From positions 96,001 through 160,000 of the forward strand of contig JBCCHT010000021.1 in the NCBI GenBank assembly GCA_039028615.1: DNA of 64,000 nucleotides. Direction: 5' to 3'. The notes below the pieces were generated by a model, which had not been told where the DNA came from, did not search any database, and worked only from the letters and a program-made list of their open reading frames with translations. Below, in pieces: positions 57,055 to 64,000 of this stretch. The DNA comes from Myxococcota bacterium (GTDB taxonomy: Bacteria > Myxococcota_A > Polyangia > Nannocystales > Nannocystaceae). The position numbers were made by a program, and so were the translations under genes. The number at the start of each line of letters is the position of its first letter. The stretch's first letter is position 1.

Positions 57055-60000
57055 ATGACCGATCAGAATCAACCTGTGACCTTCCTCGACGGCGGCGGGC
57101 TCGACATCTCGAGCCAACATGCCCAGGACCTGTCTGGAGAACGCGGCGAGCAGCGCTTGCTGGACCGCTATCGGCTGATGCAGCGCGGGCTGGTCTATCC
57201 CGCGCCCTACGCCCGTTTCGTGAGCTACTGGACGGCCGAGGGCAAGTCGATCACGCGCGCGGACATCACCGCCGTGATGAAGCAAGTGCGTGACGAAATC
57301 CACGAGCGCTTTGGCTCCACCAACACGTCGGCCATCGTCGGCGTGAATTTCGATCTGTACCGGCAGTGGTGCGAAGACGATGGCGGCAGCATCCCGGCCG
57401 GTATGAAGCTGGCGTTCCCGGAGGACGGCAGCGAGCGTTCTTCGGTGTTCGACCGCTCGCGCGGGGTCTTTCAGGACTCCGAGGCCAGCCTGTGGTTCCA
57501 CATCAAGTCGGACGAGCAGGCCAACCTCGAGGGGGTGAACGAGGTGGTGTCCAAGGCCCTCGGGGACTTGGTGGGGCGCAGCGTGTACCAGGACTGCAAC
57601 CAACGGCTGCGGCCGGGGAGCGGGGACGCGGGGCGGGTGCTCGGCAAGCGCTTCGCCGAGAACCTCAACAACCCCACCGACCCGGTGACCATCGCTCACC
57701 ACACGCTGGTGGGGCACGACGACATCGAGCACCTGGGGGCGTCCTACGCCCTCGCTCAGCGCTTCTATATCAACTGGGAGCGCATCCACCAGATGGCGGA
57801 GGAGCAGGTCGAGGACATCATCGGCCGCAACTCGAACGACGAATTCCTGCCGAACCGAGACACGCGGAGCCACATCAAGTCCGCTCGACAGCAGGACGCG
57901 CAGGGCAACACCACGTTCGTGATGCGGCTCGGGCTGCCGTTCGGAGCTTCGCCCTACGCTTCACGCCCCGACCTCGCGCTGGCCGGCAACAACCGCGGGG
58001 ACGAGGCGGGAATCTACTTCGCCGGGTTCGCCAAGCGAGTGGACGTGTTCGAGACGATCATGAGCGCACAGATCGGCGACACGCCCGGCTTCATGAACGA
58101 CCGGTTGTTCAACAACCTGCGCTCCGATCTGGGCGGGTTCTTCTACATCCCCAACCGTCGCGACCTGGGCCTCGTGCCCGAGCCGTGGGCGAAGGAGTCG
58201 GAGCGAGACTGGACGCGCTTCCCGGGCATCGACTGGTCGCGGCTGTCCCGTCACTTCACCGACAAGTCACCCAACGGGTGGATGTACTACAACCACAAGA
58301 ACTATCTGTACGAGATGGCCACGATGCCGACGGAGCGGCGGGCACAGCTGAACCCGCCCTCCACGCGCATCTTGACCTTGCTCATGGACATGTTCGCCCG
58401 CTGGCAGGACGCCTGGTACTTCGCCAAGGGCCAAGACGACATGGGGTCGCTATACGACCACATCGCCAGCGACCCCGACTTTGGCCCGGAGAAGGCCAAG
58501 GAGGTGCATGGGCTGTCCATCATGGAGCGCAAGGGCTGGGCCACGCGCATGCAGTGCCGGCTCTACGCGACGGATGCCTATGGCTATCGAGGGCGGCGGA
58601 AGGTCGATGGGGTCGATCGCCCGGGCGCCGATACCTACCGGATCCACCCCGAGGAGATCATCGTGGGGGCGCTGCCGGATCTGAGCCTGGGGCAGGGCCG
58701 CTACTGCATGAAGTACCTGCGCGAGGAGGAGCGTCAGCCGGCGTTCTTCCGCGGCCTGACCGAGGCCTCCGGCGTGGGCCACGTGCTGCCCGACCATCAG
58801 AAGCTGGTCGACCTCGGGCTCGGCAGGCTCTTGGCCGAGATCGACGCCAAGGCCGAGTCGGTGGCCGATGACGACAAGCCGTTCTACCGTGCGTGCCGTT
58901 TGTCGCTCGAGGGCGTGCAGGACCACCTCGAACGCTACGCCGCGCTCGCCGACTCGATGGCGGCCGCGTGTGCGCACGGGCAGGCGGCGGAGCGCAACAA
59001 CCTCGAGCAGATCGCGGCTCGCTGTCGGGCCCTACGCACCGACCAGCCATCGAGCATGGTCGAGGCGGCGCAGCTCATCTTCACCTATCACACGTGTCTG
59101 CACCTCAACGGTGAGCCGGTCTCGGTCGGGCGTCTCGACCAGTACCTCGGGCGCTTTCACGACGCGGACATCGAGGCGGGGCGCCTCACTCCCGAGGGCG
59201 CGCAGGAGATCATCGACGCGCTGTGGGTCAAGCTCTCGGAGAAGATCCTGCAGAACCGGATCTTCATTCATGACCACCAGCCCTACGGAAACCTGGCCAT
59301 GGGTGGCGGCTCGGGGCCGTACCCGCAGGGGGCGTCGCTCGGGCAGTGGATCATGCAGGTGACGGTCGGCGGCTGGGTTGCCGACGAGGAGAAGGTACCC
59401 ACGCCCGCGTACAACGAGGTCACCCGGCTGTGCATTCGCGCCTCGGGCCGCCTGCCGCTGACGGCCCCGTGTCTGTCGCTACGGGTCAATGCCCACACCC
59501 CCGCCGACCTGCTCGAGGAGGCCGCACGCGCGGTCCTCTCTGGTGGCGCGCACCCGATCCTGCTGCACGACGACAAGATCGCGGCCGGGCTCGCGCAGTC
59601 GGGCGACGGGATCGGCGAGGGCGACCCGAACAACCCGACCGCGTCTACCCCGGTCGCGGCCAAGGCCCAGGGGCGCTGGGACAGCCAGGTCAGCATCGCC
59701 AGCGCGCGTAACTTCGCCAGCGACGGCTGCTACGAGCCGCTGTTCACCGGGCAGACCTGGTTTGCGCTGGGGGGCTTTTCAACCCTCAACCCCCTGGAGT
59801 GCGCGCTCAACCAGGGCCGTTCCTACGCGTCCGCGGGGGAGACCTTCCTGCACGGGCAGAACCTCTCGTTCCATACCCCCCCGGCGGAGCAGATCGAGAG
59901 CTTCGAGCAGCTCCTGGAGCTTTACTTCACGCACTTCCGACTGCTGTGGGCCAAGACCTTCGACGGCCAGATATCCACCTTCGACGCTCTGGCCGATATC

Positions 60001-60996
60001 TGCCCGGCGCCGCTGCTGTCGGTGCTGACGGACGACTGCCTGGCGAAGGGACAGGACATCTACGGGGGAGGGGCACGCTACAACGTCTACGCGCCGTGCT
60101 GGATCGGGCTCAGCACCACCATCAACAGCCTGTGGAACATCAAGCGCATGGTGTTCGACGAGGACTCGATGGTCACTTCTCTGGCGGAGCTGCTCGAGTG
60201 CCTGATGTGCGACTGGGGCAACAAGATGGTCGAGCCCATGGTCAGCTCGTTGATCGGGCCCAACCGCATCGCGGCCAAGGCGGTTCGGTTCCAGCGCCTG
60301 CGGGAGATTGCCTTGTCTATGCCGCGCTACGGCGAGGGCAACCCCGAGGTGGACGAACTCGGTGATCGCATCGTGCACGAGGTCGCGAGGTTGACCGTCG
60401 ACGTGCTGCGGAACCCGGCCGAGTCCACGGCCAAGAAGATGCTGGACTTCGCCAACCGGCACGGCACGCCGGAGCAGCCCTTCGGAGGCTTCCAGATCCA
60501 CCCGGGCACGGGGACCTTCGAGAACTTCTCCGCGTTTGGTGTGGGCAGCGGGGCGTCGGCGGACGGACGGCGTCTCAACGCTCCCATCGCCAGCGACATG
60601 AGTGCGGCCCCGGCACGTTCCGATGCCCCGGCCGACCCCGCGTACGTGCCCTTCGATGCCGCTCTGGCCAGCAGCGAAGGCGATGGAGCCAGCGCGATGT
60701 GGGACGGAGCGCCCACCGACTTCAACATCGACGAGACCTTTCCCGTGCAGACCCTCGCCGACATGTTCGGTCAGTTCGCCCGCGGCAAGGGCAGCAACAT
60801 CCTGACGGTGACCGTCGCGTCGCGGGAGACCTTCACCGAGGCACCCAGCCACCCGGAGTCCTACGACCTACTCCGCGTCCGCATGGGAGGCTGGTCCGAG
60901 TACTTCACGTCGATGTTCCCCGTCAGTCAGGTCCAGCACCAGCGGCGGCCGGTCATGACTCCACCCCACGACGCCGCCGACACCAAGGAGGGATGA
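57055..60996 (+). CDS. DyP-type heme peroxidase fused to glycyl radical enzyme (PFL-like) domain
   Basis: GAGGAG RBS; DyP motifs LWFHIKS, FAENLNNP, GASY..AQ, IIGR, SHI, MRLGLPFG, GIYFAGF, GGFFYIP (aa 1-366); GRE motifs SVGRLDQYL, GCYEP (C892), ASADGR, LRVRMGGWS (G1279). Confidence 0.88.
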   Translation: MTDQNQPVTFLDGGGLDISSQHAQDLSGERGEQRLLDRYRLMQRGLVYPAPYARFVSYWTAEGKSITRADITAVMKQVRDEIHERFGSTNTSAIVGVNFDLYRQWCEDDGGSIPAGMKLAFPEDGSERSSVFDRSRGVFQDSEASLWFHIKSDEQANLEGVNEVVSKALGDLVGRSVYQDCNQRLRPGSGDAGRVLGKRFAENLNNPTDPVTIAHHTLVGHDDIEHLGASYALAQRFYINWERIHQMAEEQVEDIIGRNSNDEFLPNRDTRSHIKSARQQDAQGNTTFVMRLGLPFGASPYASRPDLALAGNNRGDEAGIYFAGFAKRVDVFETIMSAQIGDTPGFMNDRLFNNLRSDLGGFFYIPNRRDLGLVPEPWAKESERDWTRFPGIDWSRLSRHFTDKSPNGWMYYNHKNYLYEMATMPTERRAQLNPPSTRILTLLMDMFARWQDAWYFAKGQDDMGSLYDHIASDPDFGPEKAKEVHGLSIMERKGWATRMQCRLYATDAYGYRGRRKVDGVDRPGADTYRIHPEEIIVGALPDLSLGQGRYCMKYLREEERQPAFFRGLTEASGVGHVLPDHQKLVDLGLGRLLAEIDAKAESVADDDKPFYRACRLSLEGVQDHLERYAALADSMAAACAHGQAAERNNLEQIAARCRALRTDQPSSMVEAAQLIFTYHTCLHLNGEPVSVGRLDQYLGRFHDADIEAGRLTPEGAQEIIDALWVKLSEKILQNRIFIHDHQPYGNLAMGGGSGPYPQGASLGQWIMQVTVGGWVADEEKVPTPAYNEVTRLCIRASGRLPLTAPCLSLRVNAHTPADLLEEAARAVLSGGAHPILLHDDKIAAGLAQSGDGIGEGDPNNPTASTPVAAKAQGRWDSQVSIASARNFASDGCYEPLFTGQTWFALGGFSTLNPLECALNQGRSYASAGETFLHGQNLSFHTPPAEQIESFEQLLELYFTHFRLLWAKTFDGQISTFDALADICPAPLLSVLTDDCLAKGQDIYGGGARYNVYAPCWIGLSTTINSLWNIKRMVFDEDSMVTSLAELLECLMCDWGNKMVEPMVSSLIGPNRIAAKAVRFQRLREIALSMPRYGEGNPEVDELGDRIVHEVARLTVDVLRNPAESTAKKMLDFANRHGTPEQPFGGFQIHPGTGTFENFSAFGVGSGASADGRRLNAPIASDMSAAPARSDAPADPAYVPFDAALASSEGDGASAMWDGAPTDFNIDETFPVQTLADMFGQFARGKGSNILTVTVASRETFTEAPSHPESYDLLRVRMGGWSEYFTSMFPVSQVQHQRRPVMTPPHDAADTKEG

Positions 60997-61000
60997 GGCC

Positions 61001-62929
61001 ATGGAACGCGCATTCGATCGAATCCTCGTGATCATGTTCGAAAACCAGTATCGCGAGTACGTGATGGCCAACCCCTATATGCGTGGGCTCGCGCGGCAGG
61101 GGATCGACATGGCCAACTTTCACGGCGTGATGCATCCGTCGCAGACCAACTACATCGCCTCGGTGTCGGGCGAGCTGTGCAACGTCACCGACGACGACTC
61201 GCCGGGCCTGCTGCCGCAGCGCACCATCGTGGACCTCATCGAGGAGGCTCCCGGTGACCTACAGTGGAAGGCGTACATGGATGGCTATCGGCCGGCCAAG
61301 ACGCCCTGGACCCCGGAGCTGGTGCCACAGGACGACTTCCCCTACGTCATCAAGCACAACCCGTTTTCATCGTACGGCAACATCGTGCGCAACGAGTTGC
61401 GGTGGAAGCGAATCGTGGACCAGACGCAGTTCTTCCGCGACGTGCTCAACGGCGAGCTGCCCCACTACGCCTGGTTTACGCCAGACATGTGGAACGACGG
61501 GCACTACACCGACGGGACCCAGAGCGAGCCGGCGGAGCGCGCCCCGGCCCTGGTCGACCAGCTGGCGCGGTGGCTCGAGGAGTTCTTCGGGGCGCTCGAC
61601 TTTCCTGGGCCCGACTCGAGGCTGCCCAAGGGCACCCTGGTCGTGGTGACCTTCGACGAGTCCGATTTCCTGAAGAAGTTCGATGCGGGCAAGAAGTACA
61701 CCTACGACGGTCCGAACCAGGTCTATACCGTGCTGCTGGGCGACATGATCGAGCCCGGCGTGCAGGACGGGGCCTACAACCACTACAACTTGCTGCGCAC
61801 GATCGAGCTGAACTTCGGGCTCGGCGACCTGGGCAAGAACGACGCGGGGGCGACTCCGCTGCGGTTTTTGTGGGGGCAGACCTTCGACTGGGAGCCGCCC
61901 GAGGATACGCCGATCCACACCCATGGCCACGTCGCGAGCGCGGGCCTGGGGGATGTGCTGCACGTGGTCGTCCGTGATGAAGACGGCGGCTTGCGGCACA
62001 CGACCTTCAACGGCCAGGCCTGGGGGGTGCCCCGACCGATCGGAGCTCGTTCGACCGGTCCGCTGTGCATGGCCGCGAGGGGCGACCAGCTGGTGCTGAT
62101 GTTCGCGGGCGACAAGGGGCAGCTGTCGTCGTTGACCTACGACCTTCAGCACGGCTGGTCCTCCGAGCCCGAGGCCGTGGCCGTGGGGGAGAGCCGACAC
62201 ATCGCGTTGTGTGCCTTCGGAGGCGGCAGCGAGCTGATGGCCGTGTGGGTCGACGGGGAGGCGATCAAGTCGCGCCGCTACGACGGCTCGGGTTGGGCGC
62301 CCGACACGACCGACACCGGGCACACCACCCAAGGGGCGCTGGCCATCGGTGCGATCGGCCCTTCGCTGTTCTTGGTGTTCCAGAGCGAGGATGGGGGCCT
62401 GAGCGCGGTTACCTACAACACCGCGGACTTCAACACGACGACCGTCGCCACCTCCAAGTACTCGGGACCGTGGGATGACACCGTGGCCAACCAGTGGTCG
62501 CCGAGCGCATTCGCGGTGGGGCGTTTCGGCGCCGCAGCGTTCGAAGGGACGCCGAAGGAACTCGAGCCCGTCACCGTGCCGGTCGAGTCCGGGGCCCCGG
62601 TGGTCATGGCCGCCCACGACGGCACATTGCACCTCGCCCACGCGGGGGTGGCCAACCGTCAGCTGCTCACCGAGCGCTTCTCGGTGCCCGGTGTTCTCAC
62701 GCCCAAGCTCCGCGTCTCGTACAAGGCCACCGAGGACAAGACCACCAGCAACGGCTACGGCACGCTGGCCGAGGCCGGGTGGACGAGCTCGGAGCCCATC
62801 GACTTCAGCTGGGTCGGTGAAGGCGGGGCCGCCAGCATGGCGACCGTGGGCGACGAGCTGGTGCTGCTCGCACAGCCCGAGGCGGGCGGCCCGTTGCAGA
62901 TCCTCGTGGCGGGCTACGAGCAAGAGTGA
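61001..62929 (+). CDS. Acid phosphatase/phosphoesterase (SapM/fungal acid phosphatase-like) with C-terminal beta-rich domain
   Basis: 'VIMFEN', 'HPSQTNY', 'KHNPF', 'NDGH', 'TFDE', 'NHYNLLRTIE'; 4 bp from the previous stop. Confidence 0.85.
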   Translation: MERAFDRILVIMFENQYREYVMANPYMRGLARQGIDMANFHGVMHPSQTNYIASVSGELCNVTDDDSPGLLPQRTIVDLIEEAPGDLQWKAYMDGYRPAKTPWTPELVPQDDFPYVIKHNPFSSYGNIVRNELRWKRIVDQTQFFRDVLNGELPHYAWFTPDMWNDGHYTDGTQSEPAERAPALVDQLARWLEEFFGALDFPGPDSRLPKGTLVVVTFDESDFLKKFDAGKKYTYDGPNQVYTVLLGDMIEPGVQDGAYNHYNLLRTIELNFGLGDLGKNDAGATPLRFLWGQTFDWEPPEDTPIHTHGHVASAGLGDVLHVVVRDEDGGLRHTTFNGQAWGVPRPIGARSTGPLCMAARGDQLVLMFAGDKGQLSSLTYDLQHGWSSEPEAVAVGESRHIALCAFGGGSELMAVWVDGEAIKSRRYDGSGWAPDTTDTGHTTQGALAIGAIGPSLFLVFQSEDGGLSAVTYNTADFNTTTVATSKYSGPWDDTVANQWSPSAFAVGRFGAAAFEGTPKELEPVTVPVESGAPVVMAAHDGTLHLAHAGVANRQLLTERFSVPGVLTPKLRVSYKATEDKTTSNGYGTLAEAGWTSSEPIDFSWVGEGGAASMATVGDELVLLAQPEAGGPLQILVAGYEQE

Positions 62930-62939
62930 CGGGCGGTGA

Positions 62940-62975
62940 CCGAAGCCGGGCGGACCGAGTCATGCCCGGCTTCGG
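62940..62975. terminator. 12-bp stem hairpin between convergent genes, ending the PLD/DyP-GRE/phosphatase operon
   Basis: ccgaagccgggc-N12-gcccggcttcgg. Confidence 0.65.
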
Positions 62976-62990
62976 CGGTTCATCGGCCGT

Positions 62991-64000
62991 TCAGCGAGCC
63001 GTGTCGCACGCCTCGAGCCACTGCTCCACGTCTGCGATCTCATTGGACGCCCCAGGGCCGTATTCGACGTAGGCTTTGTGGGCGCGTCGGGCGAGGGCGC
63101 ATGCCTCGTTCGAGGGGGAAGCCGTGCCGGTCATGACGCGGGCCTGAACGAACTGCACGCTGGCGAGAATGTCTGGGTGACCCTCGATCGCATCGGCGAT
63201 TGCTGCGGCGTGGTCGGCGTGGTGCTTTGCCCGATCGAAGTCGCGCTGCTCGACCGCGACATCGGCGAGGCCCACCAGGGTCCGCGCCGTGGCGGGGTGC
63301 TCGGGACCCAGCGCCCATTGCTGGACATCAAACGCCCGCTGCAGGTGCTCTCGTGCGTCCTCTAGGCGCCCCATCTCGATGAGCAGGAGGCCGAGGTAGC
63401 AGTCGTCGTAGGCGACGAAGGGATGATTGGGGCCGAGGTGAGCCAGCTCGATCCGCCGGGCACTTCGGTAGGCCTGCTCGGCATCTTCGAATTTGTGCTG
63501 GGACATGAGGATATGGCCGAGGTTGGCGAGGATCGGAGCGAGCGTATGGTGCTCTCGCCCGTTTGCCCGCTCGACAAAGCGGAGCTTCTGGCGGGTGTGT
63601 GCCTCGGCCTCGGCATAGCGTCCCTGGAGCGCCTCGAGGTTGGCGAGGCGCCCCACGAGCCGCTCGGGAGCGAGCTCGGGGTCTGCAGAGAAACCCTCGG
63701 CCATCTCGATCGCCCGGCCATAGGTGATCCGGGCGTCCTCGAGCTTGCTCTGGCAGAGCAGCACGTCGCCTAGCATGAGCTGGACCTTCGAGGCATCCGG
63801 TGACGTTGGGGACGGCAGCTGCCCGTGGATGTCTTCGGCCTCACGGAGCAGCCGTTCCGCGCCGACACAGTTCCCCTTCTGCTTGTCGATGCGGGCGAGC
63901 AAGAACAACGCGTTGGCGACGGCGGGGTGATGAGGACCCAACGAATCCCGGCGGGCATCGAGGGCCCACGTGGCGTGTCCTGCGGCGGCCTCGAATCGGC
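62991..64000 (-). CDS. TPR-repeat protein, 3' portion (probably C-terminus of a Ser/Thr kinase-TPR protein); starts beyond the window
   Basis: Repeated '(L)GP.HP..A' kinesin-light-chain-like TPR units. Confidence 0.8.
   Translation of the reverse strand, partial: RFEAAAGHATWALDARRDSLGPHHPAVANALFLLARIDKQKGNCVGAERLLREAEDIHGQLPSPTSPDASKVQLMLGDVLLCQSKLEDARITYGRAIEMAEGFSADPELAPERLVGRLANLEALQGRYAEAEAHTRQKLRFVERANGREHHTLAPILANLGHILMSQHKFEDAEQAYRSARRIELAHLGPNHPFVAYDDCYLGLLLIEMGRLEDAREHLQRAFDVQQWALGPEHPATARTLVGLADVAVEQRDFDRAKHHADHAAAIADAIEGHPDILASVQFVQARVMTGTASPSNEACALARRAHKAYVEYGPGASNEIADVEQWLEACDTAR

Noticed and set aside
57055..60996. Calling the gene pflB or cutC, or an encapsulin cargo DyP
   Set aside because: Single Cys rather than PFL's CC; CutC-specific residues cannot be verified by eye; no cargo-loading peptide or encapsulin gene seen.

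Overview
High-GC bacterial DNA, most consistent with a myxobacterium of the Nannocystaceae type. This is an inference from the many lipoproteins with Thr/Gly/Ser/Asp-rich linkers, Ser/Thr kinase-TPR proteins, a divergent ECF sigma factor and an OmpA/TSP3 protein. The window holds about 50 CDS, mostly accessory secreted proteins or lipoproteins. I saw no rRNA, tRNA, CRISPR array or transposase. The standout is a tightly linked three-gene operon (53587-62929): (i) a phospholipase D + phospholipase C/phosphoesterase + DUF1508 fusion; (ii) a 1313-aa protein fusing a DyP-type heme peroxidase domain to a glycyl-radical-enzyme (PFL-like) domain, which keeps the Cys (GCYEP) and Gly (RVRMGGWS) radical motifs but has no radical-SAM activase in the window; (iii) a SapM-like acid phosphatase with a C-terminal beta-rich domain. 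This may be a peroxide-activated, SAM-independent glycyl radical system acting on phospholipid-derived substrates (hypothesis). Other notable loci: an sdpA/sdpB-like maturation pair coupled to a non-SdpC lipoprotein, beside a kinase/ECF pair flanked by two copies of GTCACAACC-N8-CGGGGTCT, one pointing antisense through the sigma gene; an orphan T6SS-like adaptor/metalloprotease/immunity module; a voltage-gated channel with nine phased Arg in S4 and a TGGFGD filter; an FAD oxidase-lectin fusion; and a TetR with a double palindromic operator. Family assignments come from motifs read by eye, not database searches, and many start codons are best guesses.
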